Below are positions 16,481 through 29,185 of a DNA stretch of 64,000 nt, in pieces. The notes under the pieces were generated by a model, which worked only from the letters and a program-made list of their open reading frames with translations, was not told where the DNA came from and did not search any database. Positions within the stretch are counted from its first letter, which is position 1; each line of letters opens with the position of its first letter. The DNA is from Hormiphora californensis (taxonomy: Eukaryota > Animalia > Ctenophora). The stretch spans positions 7,688,001 to 7,752,000 of the forward strand of contig CM035350.1 of the NCBI GenBank assembly GCA_020137815.1. The letters run 5' to 3'. The translations under genes were made by a program, and so were the position numbers.

Positions 16481-17794
16481 TTACCAGCCGGGACCCCAGC
16501 CACCGTCACCACCTCCAGAGTCTCCTCCAGTGGGTACGGGACCCCACCCATCTCCAGCACTGGCAGCAGCTGGAGTGTCATTGGCAGCGGGCCAGGAATC
16601 ACCTCCTCCGCCTCCACCAAACCCACCACCACCACCGTTAGAATCACCAAATCCACCACCACCTCCAGAGGGAGCGGGAACATCCCAATCATCATCACCA
16701 CCCCCAGCTCCGCTAGCTGCAAAACTCTCCTGTTTCAGATGCCTCTCACACAGATCATCTATATACTCCTTCGCTTCCTTTGTCTTGTCTGGTAGCCCTG
16801 TCAGTGTCACTCTCGTATCATCATCCTTCGTTTCTGTTTTACTGATATCCACCCTGCAGTTGAATGTGTCCTGGATCTCCTTAATCTTGCAGCCGCCCTT
16901 ACCGACAACACGTCCAATACGGCAGGTCTCAACCCACATGTCGAGCTCCTCCATGTCTGAAGTTCTCTCCCATCTACCACCTCCACCACCACCACCACCG
17001 CTAGTCAACTCCTCGATAATCTTCCTAGCTTGTGATCGCTGTCCCTCAGTGCCCGTTAGAGTTACCATTACCTTACCATCTTGAGCTGAATCCCTGTCAT
17101 GTACCTTCACATTAGCACCTGTATCACTCTGAATCTCGTTAATCTTACTACCTCCCCGTCCGATGACTCGACCACATTTATCCTCTGGTATCCAGATATC
17201 CTCATCCTCCTGGGGCCCGTCATCCCCACCACCTGCCATTCCACCAAAACCACCACCACTACCAAACCCACCAGACGCACCACCCCCATTATCATACTTG
17301 CCACCAAACTTCTCACAGATGTCATCAACCAACTTCCGGGCATGATCCACGTTCAGCTTAGATCCCTTCAACACTACCGGGGTAGCTGTACCATCGTCCT
17401 CTCGCTTCTCAATGTTAATCTGGGCGCTACTCTCCTCCTGGAGCTGCTGGATAGTGCTCCCACCCCGGCCGATAATCCTGGGTAGACATTTGTTGTAAAC
17501 CAGGAACTTCACCTCAACCTCCTCTCCTGAATCAGCGAACCTGTCTGTGTTTCCATTGGAGGTGTGAGTGTTACCCCATACATCGGTAGTTGTGTTAGAT
17601 GCACCTCCGAAACCTCCTCCAAAACCCCCACCACCACCGTTGTTATTAGATGCACCGCCGAAACCTCCTCCAAAACCATTGCTGGGTGGTTGTTGTTGAG
17701 CCGCTGCAGCTGGGACGGGGGATGGTGCTGCCTGGCCGAAGAGCTTGCTCTTACTAGTCGCAAACTTGCCTCTACCACGACCAATAACAGGCAT
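16481..17794 (-). CDS. Intronless three-KH protein (437 aa) with GRGRG N-terminus, GGF repeats and a GW/WG-rich acidic C-tail
   Basis: KH loops IIGRGG, VIGRGG, VVGKGG; low-complexity FGGG repeats; tail DDDWD...GDGWGP...GGWGPGW. Confidence 0.9.
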   Translation of the reverse strand: MPVIGRGRGKFATSKSKLFGQAAPSPVPAAAAQQQPPSNGFGGGFGGASNNNGGGGGFGGGFGGASNTTTDVWGNTHTSNGNTDRFADSGEEVEVKFLVYNKCLPRIIGRGGSTIQQLQEESSAQINIEKREDDGTATPVVLKGSKLNVDHARKLVDDICEKFGGKYDNGGGASGGFGSGGGFGGMAGGGDDGPQEDEDIWIPEDKCGRVIGRGGSKINEIQSDTGANVKVHDRDSAQDGKVMVTLTGTEGQRSQARKIIEELTSGGGGGGGGRWERTSDMEELDMWVETCRIGRVVGKGGCKIKEIQDTFNCRVDISKTETKDDDTRVTLTGLPDKTKEAKEYIDDLCERHLKQESFAASGAGGGDDDWDVPAPSGGGGGFGDSNGGGGGFGGGGGGDSWPAANDTPAAASAGDGWGPVPTGGDSGGGDGGWGPGW

Positions 17795-18080
17795 CCTACC
17801 TACAGTAGGAATAGTGGGGGAGTTAGAGGGATATTGTTAGTTGGGGGAGGGGTTTGGGGGTATTGAATCTAGAAAAAGTGAGGTATACAGTTCGAAAGAA
17901 GGGAGGGTGTTTCACGCGATTCAAAGACGGTACTATACAAATAAATTAGAGGGTGTCTGGCACCCATCTGGCACAGCATAAAAATCTATACTTTCTTTTT
18001 CTCGTAATAAAATCGACAAAAAACAATCATCAAAAAGAAAATAATGTGATATATATATTCCATGTACCAAAGTCTTCTTC

Positions 18081-20295
18081 TCAGCGTTTAGGGGGATCAG
18101 GATAGGGGACATAAAGTTTCCCAGTTTCACCCAAGAACTGTGCTGCATCGTGAACCTTCTCAAGAAACTCAGGTATCTCTGGGAAATGATGGGAGGAGAT
18201 TAGAAACTGGGAAGGTGAGGTTAGTAACTTGCCTCCTCGATTTGCACTACTATAAACACTGTATGGAGTGTCTTACTTGCATTAGCGAGTTTGTCCTTGA
18301 CTTGGGAGGGTATAGGCATGCCAAAATCATCATAATACGTCAAACAGTAGCTCATTCCCTTCTGAAAATGAGGAGAGAAAAGGTAAACAAAAACATCTGA
18401 TGAGGGAGAATTGTTACAGCACGATCAGCTGCCACCACGTGCTGCGCGTAACAAAATTGGCAGAAAAGTGCTCGACTGATAGACTTTTCATGGTGCCGCG
18501 CGCGACCGCTGACAACCCACCCATGTAGACCCCCCCCACCTGTGAATCGGTGTTGGCGGTTCTGACGATTCACTGTCAAAACACTACAGCACGTACCTCA
18601 TATAAATCAGATGACGGAGAGCGTATCACGAGTTTACTTCCGTACTTAAAGACACGGACGAAGTTGCCAAACAACGGTTTCGCTTTGTGTGTAATGGACC
18701 GGCTGGATATGGTGATTTGATCTTCAGACATAGCGTGTGCCCTCTCGAACACATAATCTCTATCTTTCAATGGAAAAGGAAACTTCGTTGCCCAGTAGAC
18801 GATTTCCCGATTGTTTGTGATATTATCCACTACATACAGACTGCTGACACTCCTATCCCACTCAGCTCGATATTGATCATTCACCTGTGCATTGTAAAAC
18901 TCAACCGCACTAACATTATCGAACTCCCCAAATATTTTATACAAAGTTAGATCCTCTTCCGGGATGTTCTTCTTCCAGATCCTTAGTCTCTCCTGGAACC
19001 ACCTCCCTTGTCCACCCGTTCCGCTCCAGCATCTCGTGATCTTCAACTGTTATATTGTCTACAAGAAAGGCATCGTTGTAAAAAGTGCCCGCTGATTCAT
19101 GCAACCATGTGCCGGATCTCTGGGTCGCTTTGATCACATTCCGGTAGGTTTGAAGCAATGTACTGCCCCACCTGTTTCTTCCTCCTTTTTCTCTTCCTTG
19201 TTAATTCCACCCAACACAGAAATCTCCCGGACAATTTCAAACTTCTCGCTCAGTTTCTCTTTCATTGTCTCCCGTTTACGATCTATAAACTTCTCGATCC
19301 TATTCTTAGCAGTGTCGGGAAACAAGGGCCAGGGGCGGGTCTCCACTTTCATCGCTCTCTATTTCGGCCCGGAATTGTCGAACAGCAGCCTTGAACCGGG
19401 GCACTAACTCCGTATCTTCATCCTCTATCCTTCCTCTTGTTGGCCTGCTCTATAATCTCCTTCACTAAGTGCCAGGTCATGGTTCCGGGGGCTAGCATTA
19501 GGCTCCGCCACTGGACGAGCAATACCTGGTTCAGGACTCTTAACTAGTCGTTGTGTTAAAGTGTGAATGGCCTCTTTAGTCTCCTCAAAAGTTTCATTTA
19601 GCGACTCTGCTACCTGGTCTGTTTCCTCTGTCAGTCTGCTGGCCTGTTCAGCGAACACCGTACTAAGAGGTTCATTAGCCAGCCTCTCACCAAGTTCATT
19701 GAGGGAGGTTGCAAAGCGATCCTTGGCTGCAGTCATCTTCTCCAAGGTGTCCGTGGGTATAGAAAAGTCATCAAACAACCCCATTTTGAGTCGAGGGGTG
19801 GGTGGGTGTTCTGGTTTTACTGGATCAGAGGCGTCGGTAGGGGAGTAATCTGCATAGCTTTCCTTCTCCTTTCGCTCCCTACAAAAACAAAAGAGATGTG
19901 TATATAATGAGTGTAGAGGAAGAGAGGGGGGTCAGAGGATGCAAGCAGAGTAAGGGCAGAGAAGATTGCTACTAGTGGAGGGAAGTGGATGGTCTCTCTC
20001 TCTCTCCTCTCTCTCCCTCTCTTCTTCAGTAATCTCCAAGCTAATAGGTTACACAGCAATTTCAGAGATAATTGAGATTATAATCTCATAAATGTACTCT
20101 CTCTCTCCCTCCCTCACTTTCGCTCATATTTTTATGTTATGAGTTACAGTTAATCGTATGTTTATAATGAAAGAAAGAAAGATATATTAGAGATAGAGAG
20201 AGAAAGAAGGGGAGGGAACTGGGAGATCGAAATCGAGTGACACAGACATGACTTCAACACTGGCATACGTGTTGTGTATTTGTTCTGGAAAGAAG

Positions 20296-20349
<54 letters not shown>

Positions 20350-20520
20350 AATAGAAGATAGAGGGGGATGAGTGTAACAGGAAAACACGAAAGTTACACA
20401 CCGACTGCAACACCTGTGTAAGTGGGGGAGGCTAGCCACAAGGGCACAAGGAAGGGAAGTGTGTACAAAGGCGAGGTAGACCGGCACAGTCGACGACACT
20501 CTATTGAGAAGGCTCGGAGA

Positions 20521-20611
<91 letters not shown>

Positions 20612-22490
20612 GAGAGAGAGAGAGAGAGAGTGAGAGAGAGAGAGAGAAATGGATAATAAGCGTAATTACAGTGCTATTCTCTATTCAATAGTCTGACGAT
20701 GTATTGATGACGACTCCCTACCCACATACAAGATCTCTCTCCCTCTCTATCTCTATCTGTCTCTCTCACATTTATCGGTCACAACAATCAAATCTATCTA
20801 AATTAATGTGGAGGTCACAGATATGATAGAACGATGAAGTGATCAAAATACGAAGAAGGACAATTTTATAACCAAATCGTATTCTAAACTTCTGATATCA
20901 ATCCCAACACACGACCCGAGAACTTCTCTGAGGGAAGCAAGTACAATGGAATAAACCAACTTAGAAATGAGACAGAAAGATCTTGAGCGAAAATGAGAGG
21001 GGGGAAGAGATAGATAGAGATAGAGATAGAGAGAGAGAGAAAGTTGATTTGAGAGATGGGAGGATGTCGAATACAAAACAGTGCAAGGCCAAGGCAGGAG
21101 GAGGGGTTATGCATACACGCTGAGAAATAGAAAGAGAGAGAGAGAGAGAGAGAGAGTGAGAGAGAGAGATGGGTAGCTCGTGCACAGGCAATGAGGGAGA
21201 GCAGCAGAAGAGGTAAGTGGCGTGATGTATAACTGGGCAGATCGGGAGAGAGAAAGATGGAAAGATTAATGAAGACAGAGAGAGAGACAGAGAGAGAGCT
21301 CAAGAGAGAGAATGACTAACATTATGTAATGCTCTCTCCACTCAGTCTCTCTGTGACAACCTACCTATATATGACTCTCCAGAAAGTCAATTTCTGTCAT
21401 CTAATGGTCGGATCTAGCATCATTATCCCTCTTCTTTCTCTCTTCCGCATTCCCTCTTTTGCTATCTTTTAACCCTTCATCTAACGAATTTCTTTCTTCC
21501 AATCTCGGTCATTGCTTCTTCCCTACCTTCACTCTCTCTCTCTATCGCTCACTCTAGCTCTCTTCTCTCTATTTTCTGAGGAATTGTTCCATTCTTCTAC
21601 ACTATATTTGATATTTTGTGCCCCAGCAATTAACAATGCCTCTCACGCTGGGCCCTTTACTTCCTTGTATTTGGTACACTTTGAAATTTAAATCGATCGG
21701 GATTGGGGAGAGGGGCCTATAATATCTCAATGTGTTATTTCTCAATTAGACTTACCTTTCTTGGTGTTCTTTATTCTGTATGACGACAAATGCTGCAGAG
21801 AGAACCAGGGGATTGCTGAAAAGAGGACATTAATTGCGAGATTGCGTAAATTATGGTTTTAATTTTAAATTACTCTTTTTTTTTGAAAAATATTGGATCG
21901 ACTATTAGAAAGGGAGCATTTTAAACTAAGATCATTTTGCGAGAAGTTAGTACAAAATACGATATAAAAACCGACCTCTTCTGTTGGTGCCATTGTTTTG
22001 ATGCCAATCTAACTTGTTTCTGGAGATGCCATCGTGCGTACCTGCAAGGGGTAGAGAGATAAGTAGGGAGATGAGGGAGGGAGGGGGTGAGATAGATAGA
22101 GAGATAAGTAGGGAGATAGAGGGAGGGAAAAACAGATAGTGAGAGATAGTGAGACACATTTTCACTGTATGCACAAATCCACCAGAGACAGTCAAGTAGC
22201 AATTTGAAACCCAAAACGTGTACACGCACAAACTGTAGAATGTGACTGACACTCTTTCACACTGAGTGGAGTAATTGATATTATATCAGCTGTCTAACTT
22301 TCCATTTGGTAATGAGGCTACCCCATCTCCCACATTACTAACCTAGCGAGGGCGGTGAAGCCTCCTCCCATATATTACTAACCTAGCGAGGGTGTGGGCG
22401 GTGAAGCCTCCTCCCATATATTACTAACCTAGCGAGGGTGTGGGCGGTGAAGCCTCCTCCCATAACATTTAACAAGTGGAAGAGGGCCAT
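18081..22490 (-). CDS. START-domain lipid-transfer protein (STARD7/PCTP-like); multi-exon (~22490-22429, ~22041-21970, ~21816-21755, ~19878-18597, ~18361-18280, ~18178-18081) with several apparent frameshifts
   Basis: START motifs YRAEWD, IVYWATKFPFPLKDRDYVFER and a C-terminal IPEFLEKVHDAA. Most junctions are phase-compatible GT-AG; the 21970 donor is uncertain. Confidence 0.75.
20300..20648. repeat. (GA)n microsatellites in a START-gene intron
   Basis: Long GA runs at ~20300-20347 and ~20518-20648. Confidence 0.95.
22330..22463. repeat. Three tandem copies of an exon end plus 5' splice donor (START gene exon 1)
   Basis: Minus strand ggaggaggcttcaccgcc(cacacc)ctcgctAG|GTTAGTaatatatg is repeated; the last copy is partial. 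Confidence 0.85.
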
Positions 22491-22779
22491 GGCGGCCACG
22501 CATTGCGAGGGACACCGCTAGTAGGATAAATATCGGTTAGAAAGGTTTATAATTGGTAGTCGGGGGGTTCTGGATATAATGGGTTGGGAGGCATTAGGTC
22601 GGATAGTCACTTTATCTAAATAGGAGGAGGATACAAAATACACAGTTTAGTAACACAAACATTAATATTATTATATGTAGATAAAAGTTGTACAAGTAAA
22701 GAAATTCAGCGATAAATCATATTGGTAAAAACAACACATCTCTGACACACACACACACACACAGCTCTCTCTCTACAGT

Positions 22780-25161
22780 TTACACAGTAAACCCACTAAG
22801 CTCCTCAGGTTTGTGGGCCCAGTACCCATACTCCCCCTCCACAAAGGACTTCATAAGAGCACCCTTAGCTTGGCTGTAACTCACTGCAGCCTCCTTGCAC
22901 TCTCGATACGTCTTCCCCTTCAGCTCGTCACCTCGCAACTTCTGGTACACTCCCTGGAACTGCTTGAAGAGGGAGTTTTTACAAAGTCGAGATGGTCCTC
23001 CCTGGACATTATTCGCAGCATCCACCCGGCCACATATTGTTTTAGTTGCCTCTGGTTTCTCGTCTCCATACGTCCAGTTGAAGCAGAAGTTGGAAGCTTT
23101 GCTGGTTGATCTTGGCTCAGTGCCAGACACGGGAAGGAGTATGGGAGCGTTAACACGATACCCCTCAGGGAGGGAACCCTCAACCCCGATAGCCCTCTCA
23201 AACAGAGCTCGGGAGAGGTGTTCAAGAGAGAACAACCTACCCACAGTCACGGAGGAGTAGTATATTGGGTTCATAAAGTGAGACAGGAGGGATCCTTGGA
23301 TACCCAGGACGTTCACGCGGCACAACTTGTCACTACAAGACATAGTCCTCAGCCTCTGGCCACCAAGAACTCCATCGAGAGTTAGCAGAGATTCACTTTC
23401 AGATCGGACTGGAATGGTTCCCTCGCCACTCTCTATCTTGGTCCTGAGTTGGCCTCGGTTCCTCCTTTCTGGGTGGGTATCGGCCTGAACCACCTGGGCT
23501 TGGTCCCCCTCTTGCTTGGGAGAAAATATCCTGGAATCGCCACAGGGTGCTGTGTTGATATACAGATGTATGGAAAAGTCTGGTTTCAGATTCATCATTC
23601 CATCCTCACCCACCTCCAAAACGGAACTCCTGTTCTCTGTAACTGCCTTGATTTGAGCGTACAAGAACCGAATCAAACACCTCCTAATTTGGATTTCAGC
23701 ATGGCTATCATTCACAGCAGTTCCGTCAATACTCAGATACTCTCCACCCAAAACTTTGGTCCCCGTTGTAAGGGCTATCACCTCCATGTCACCGTCCGCT
23801 GTAAACAACCCCTCTTCATCGACACCTGAACTGTACAGGACGGCCGTTGCAAGAACCTTCTTGCGCTGCTGGTGCTCCGAAACATCCTTACTGAGTTGGT
23901 CAAACTTCGCCTGGCTCATTTCCGCTACCTTGTCTGCGAAAGCCTTCAGTTTTGGGTTTATTCCAGGTTTGTTGGGCTTTGCAGCAGCTGGGGGTGGCGC
24001 ACGGACGGTTTTTCGGGACGACTAAGACCATCACCCTCTAGCTCATGTTCATAGTCAGATACATCGTAACCGGATGCTTTGAGTGCCTTGATCGAAAGGT
24101 ATAGCTTTCACTTTCTTCTTATTGGAAGCCGTTGCTTCGAACACCTCGGAACAGAATCCAGGAATAGTTAACTTCCCACGGAATACTATATGGCATCCTT
24201 TAGGAGTGTTTTCCCCATTATCAAATTCCCAAGTCATCTCAGTCGGAGCATACAGCTCATGTATAACCATTATAGGGTTTTTACTTGGATCAATACGTCG
24301 TGATCCAGCCATCGATATCGCAGTAAGAGCAGCACGTTTAGCAGGTTTTGGGAGGGGCTGTGGAGGGGCTTTTCGTTTCTGGGCCGTTGTTCCCGTGAGC
24401 CCGAAATCAGATATCAAATTGAGCCGTTTAGCGACCGCCTTTGCAGCAGCAAGTCTCTTTGCTTCTTTCTTATTGCCTGCTACACCTTGATATACATCAC
24501 CACTCACTTCAAGAGAACAAAGGAAGCCATTCCGCTCTCCTCTCTCCATCATCTCCTCCTCACGCCACTCCGCTTTGGGCCACTTCTCATACACAATGGA
24601 CACTGGGTTCTTGTGGGCAATGCCCTTAGGTCCCTTATAACTTGGGGAGATCTCGGACCACAGGTTAACATTCTCTCGTTTGGGCGGAGGAGGCGGTGGC
24701 ATGTTCGGATATTGGACTGTTCCAACTGAGTTTGGAGGTTGGCGTTGCCTCTCAATAAATTCATCCATCACCTTATAGTCAGACTGGACGACTTCCTTAG
24801 CAGCGGTACGTGCTGGTGGAGGAGGCATATCTTTAGTTTCCTGGAATCGTCTTCCCCGTACAGAGGGAGGAGGTACATTTGGTTTTTCTTCTGATTTCAC
24901 ATCTGATCGAGGGGCTGGAGGTGGAGGCATTTGAATTTTGTCCAGGTCAGGTTTCTTGTCTTCAAATAGTTTGTTGGGATCAAAAACCCCGGCTAATTCA
25001 GAGATAGCAATGTTATTTTTAGGCGAGAGCTCCCGTTCACTTTTTGAATGAGAGGAGGCATCAGAAGACCGTGGGTTCTTAGGAATTCTGTAGGTGGATT
25101 CTCGACTTTCCTCTTCCTCTTCATCTTCAAACTTTCGGGTCCTCGACCGGCGTGTTTTCAT
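22780..25161 (-). CDS. ADARB1: Double-stranded RNA adenosine deaminase, ADAR2-like (2 dsRBDs + deaminase), intronless, with frameshifts near 24100 and 24005
   Basis: dsRBD motifs KNPVSIV...GNKKEAKRLAAAKA and KNPIMVIHE...SNKKKVKA; catalytic NDSHAE, TAPCGD, LRTKIESGEGTIP and RTMSCSDK. Confidence 0.85.
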
Positions 25162-25299
25162 TGTGTCTCTACAATTGAAAATGTGCCGTTTACGATAGAG
25201 TGAGGGGACGCAATGTTTTTCAATAAAACACAAAGTCCCGTCTTTCTCAATCGTGAATCAGTACATTGCCAATTGTAAAGAAACAATACCTCAGATCTG

Positions 25300-26455
25300 C
25301 TAATTGTATCTGTCATCTTTGAGTATGTTTAGTGTTGATTTAGATTTGTTTATTGCATCAAGTCTGCTGTAATCGTGTGTGTAGTTTCGTGGTAAATTGT
25401 CATCGGTCAATGAATTCCCCCTGGTAGCTTCCAAGGCCCCAAGCGCCTTGTCCGTTTTTTCGATATTGTCTATCTTGGAGCTGATACCCAGATCAACCTC
25501 AGGGATACCTGGAGAATTGGATTGATTCAAAACACAACAGTTTTAGTAATAGCGCTAGTTGGCAGATCTATTAAAGTTCATGCTGAGAGTTCTCAGTATC
25601 AAGGATTAGAGTGCTCTCCCATCAAATAAAAAAGTATCTCAATTTGACAACATGGAATTGGGTATCAGTACCTGTGAGAACTTGATCACTTAACATATCC
25701 TCGGTGAGGGAGCGGTTATTAGTTTGAAGGTGCTCGGGAACCTTAAAAAGCTCATTAATTCTCTGTTCGTACTTGTTTTCTACTTCAGTCACTGTTGTTA
25801 TACCTGTTGGAATCGAGGTTGTTCAGCTACAACCATCTTGTTTATTTATTGAGATCAACACTTGTTGCGATTAGGGGCACCAAGAGACGTGTGATCCCAG
25901 TCAGAGTGGAAGATGTTGACTTTCGAGATACGTGAGCAGAGAGAGGGAGAATGAGTACATGAGGGTGTGTGGGTAATTTATTGTAATTTATTGTCATCAT
26001 ATTTTTCAGTTTGCTTCAACCATCTTAATTTTATTGAAAGAAGCGGAATTAGGGGACAAGAAACATGATTAGCTGTAATGGTGTGAATCAGATAACAGAT
26101 GTATAACAGAGTACTGACCCCTTCGTTTAGCAAGCTCCTCCTGAATGTATACGTTCATCAGTTGCTCGTCCTCTTTCTGATTCGATTCAGCGAAGAAGGC
26201 ATTCCCGACCTGAAGGCCATACTTCTCCTTTTCTTTAGGAGCAGAGGTTGCCTTAGTAAAAACTTTCCCAGAAACCTCTTCCTCAGCAGTAACTATACGT
26301 CCAGCAGCCAAGGACAGAGCATTTATCCCACCGCGTTTACATCGCATCTGCTGAACGTCCTTGACTTCTGATAACTTGATCGAACGATCGGTTCCCCCGT
26401 CTGAGTCATCATCGCTTGATGACTTCTTTCGTTTGCGATACTTTCTGCTACTCAT
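25300..26455 (-). CDS. C9orf78: C9orf78/TLS1-like spliceosome-associated protein; exons ~26455-26119, 25803-25672, 25508-25300
   Basis: The spliced product contains YIQEELAKRRG, LFKVPEHL and EDMLSDQVLTG|IPEVDLGISSKIDNIEKT, matching the recalled C9orf78 signature MLSGIPEVDLGIDAKIKNI. Confidence 0.85.
25840..26016 (+). mobile_element. 5'-truncated non-LTR retroelement 3' end in a C9orf78 intron
   Basis: Homologous to 40630-40705 plus 41483-41555; flanked by a 10-bp direct repeat CAACCATCTT (25830-25839, 26017-26026). Confidence 0.65.
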
Positions 26456-27199
26456 AACCAAATACTTAACTAGTTAGTGACTATGTAACAGCTCAATTTC
26501 AGGCCGTTAAGGCGGAAATTTATTATCAAAAATACAGAGTTTGGCATCACAGAGATTTATTTTGGTTAAAAAATGATCTAGAGTCGTAAAACGATTGATA
26601 TGCATTATGCAAGCGTTGAAATACCACCAGAGGCGTCATAGGCAAACAGAAGAGGCCCTAAAGGGGGATAGAATCACCCCTGAGCGCCGGTTAAAAAAAA
26701 CTCGTTTGCGGTTTGGCTAAAAATTTTTACAGTCGCTAAAAAAATTTACATCTGCTTTTCTATTCAAAATAAAAGCCGCGCATACCCTTTATGTTTATCG
26801 CGCGGCTTTTGATTTGCGCGTTATACAGATCCGCGCATTTTGCACATGGTGGGCGGGACAACCTTGTTCTGTGTGCATCGCGCGTTCCGTCAAGTCTGTC
26901 TGTAGTAACAAGTGAAACGCATGCATTAAAATCACAAAAGCGTCATCAAATGATAAAACAGTCTGCAAAACAGTAGCAAAAACAACAGGTATCTCTCAAA
27001 ATACACAATGAATAACTTAGCACCGTTTAAACATAAATATCTAACATATATTTCGAAAGTTACTTCCAGAACTCGTACATTTCTGATTTCAGATCAAAAT
27101 CCCTCCATACCAATCTGTCTCCTCCTTCCGGTCACCATTTCCCTACCTATCTCTATCCCTCTTTTTCTTTTCTCTCTCACTCACTCTCTCAGTTCTATG

Positions 27200-27570
27200 T
27201 TTGGATCCTAATGGAGAATTGTCATTAGGTGAATTATCGTCTGAAGGAAGATGAAGGAGATAGTTGGAATTAATTTCACACCACCGCTATCCTTTGCATC
27301 CTCAGTATCATTTCCAATGTCCTGGTCCTCCTTTTCCTCTCCTGACTTCTCGTTATCCCCATCCGCCTAGAAAGGGAGGGGTGTTAGTTGGTTTGTTGAT
27401 AGCTGGAACTTCACCTTGAACACACACAGGTGACACGCTGCATGCTTTGAAAGATAGAAAGGAATGAGGGAGAGGGAAACCCGAAACATGCACAGAAAAT
27501 TAATATAATATGTCTATCTATCTCTCTCTCTCTCTCTGTTTCTCTCTGTTTCTCTCTATCTGTCTCTCTG

Positions 27571-27609
<39 letters not shown>

Positions 27610-29185
27610 TTTCTCTGTTTCTCTCTATCTGTCTCTCTCTCTCTCTATCTCTCAGTCAACACAGAGTATGGTAGTTCAATTGATAATTGATAGAAAACAC
27701 CCCGACGACACTCGAAAGCTCTACAAATTTGCCACTAAATGAGAAGGGGGAATATATTAATTACTGGTCCTGGTTTTTTAGCAGCTGTAGTAGCAGGAGC
27801 TGGGGTTCGTGGGAGGGTCATATCACGTAATCTGGGGTCCCGTGTTGGGTTGAACGTGCTTTGTGTGCCATCGATCTGGAGTAGAGGTAGCATGCAGCTG
27901 GTTGCAAAGAGGGGAGACACACAATCAGATAGAGTAGTAGTTGACACACATGCACCAACAAACTTTAGGAATCATTGCGTACCACATTGTATAAATTCAC
28001 CATCTTGATCATCACAAGTTCACATATGTTCCACTCACACGCCAGTACAATGAGCTCAGTACAATCTATCACACACGTGACACAAACACTACATTCAATT
28101 GTTCACATTGTTGTACACAAGACTCACAATGAGGAACACAAAAGGCATCACTATACACATACATAGAGATCTGGCAAGATGGTACACTGGATACACCCAC
28201 CCTGTAGATACGGTATACACAACACACAAATGAAGAAATGAGCAGTTAAACAAACAGACAAACTGCGAATTAAGAGATACACAGACAAAGTACATTTAAC
28301 CACACGCTGATACACCGCAAACGCGATACAACCTTTTGTGGTTCCGTGAAACACAAACAATGGGGGCAAGTTATGAGTACATAATTTTGGTGCATAAAGA
28401 TAAAATATGGGCAAAACATGTAATATATAAAATCAGGGTGAAAAGATCTGAGAGGAGGGGAAAACAAGAAAAAAAATAAATCGTAAAAAGGGAACATATT
28501 CCGTGCTCCTTATTCCAGCAATTAACAGCAAGATAATTAGCGTCAAATCACACATGTGGCGTTTCAGCTATCATGTCCAGAGTGCAATTATAGCAGGGAC
28601 GATTTGCTTTATCAATCAGATATGTATCTTAGATCACACACGTGCGGGGGGTGTCTTACTAAAGTTGAGTTGCTCATTTGGGCCTCGTTTTTCCTTGGAT
28701 CCATCGTAGGAATTATCTCATCGACATCGCTTGTTGGGTCGCGTGGTTTGTGTGTCGGTAACGGGTCAGGTTTGTGTGTCGGTAACGGGTCAGGTTTCGA
28801 CTCAGTTGGGTCAGGTTTCGGTTCAGTCGGTTCAGGTTTTGGCTCAGTCGGGTCAGGTTTCGGTTCAGTTGGGTCAGGTTTCGGTTCAGTCGGGTCAGGT
28901 TTTGGCTCAGTCAGGTCAGGTTTCGGTTCAGTTGGGGCAGGTTTCGGTTCAGTCGGGTCAGGTTTTGGCTCAGTCAGGTCAGGTTTCGGTTCAGTTGGGG
29001 CAGGTTTCAGTTTAGTTGGGTCAGGTTTCGGTTCAGTTGGATCAGGTTTTGGTTCAGTTGGATCAGGTTTCAGATCCTTCTTTGGCTCGACAGGTTCCAT
29101 ATCTCCTTCAGTGGGTCTGGGCTTTTGTTTCTTTCGTGAGGACCTCCTTCGTTTTCTCTTACTTGTTTCCCTGTCTGAGTAATCC
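27200..29185 (-). CDS. Unknown multi-exon gene with a PTEPKPD heptapeptide repeat exon (candidate exons ~29185-28650, ~27876-27764, ~27366-27200)
   Basis: 21-bp coding repeat with synonymous variation at 28745-29075, plus acceptor/donor-flanked open segments downstream. Boundaries are uncertain. Confidence 0.45.

Noticed and set aside
10943-17485. Numerous plus-strand ORFs overlapping the KH genes
   Set aside because: Antisense shadows of the coding sequences with no independent motifs.
20422-20691. (ER)n ORFs here and at 36773-37123
   Set aside because: Translations of GA microsatellites.
28556-29182. Plus-strand (GSGFGSV)n ORF
   Set aside because: Antisense shadow of the PTEPKPD repeat; the variation pattern favours the minus frame.
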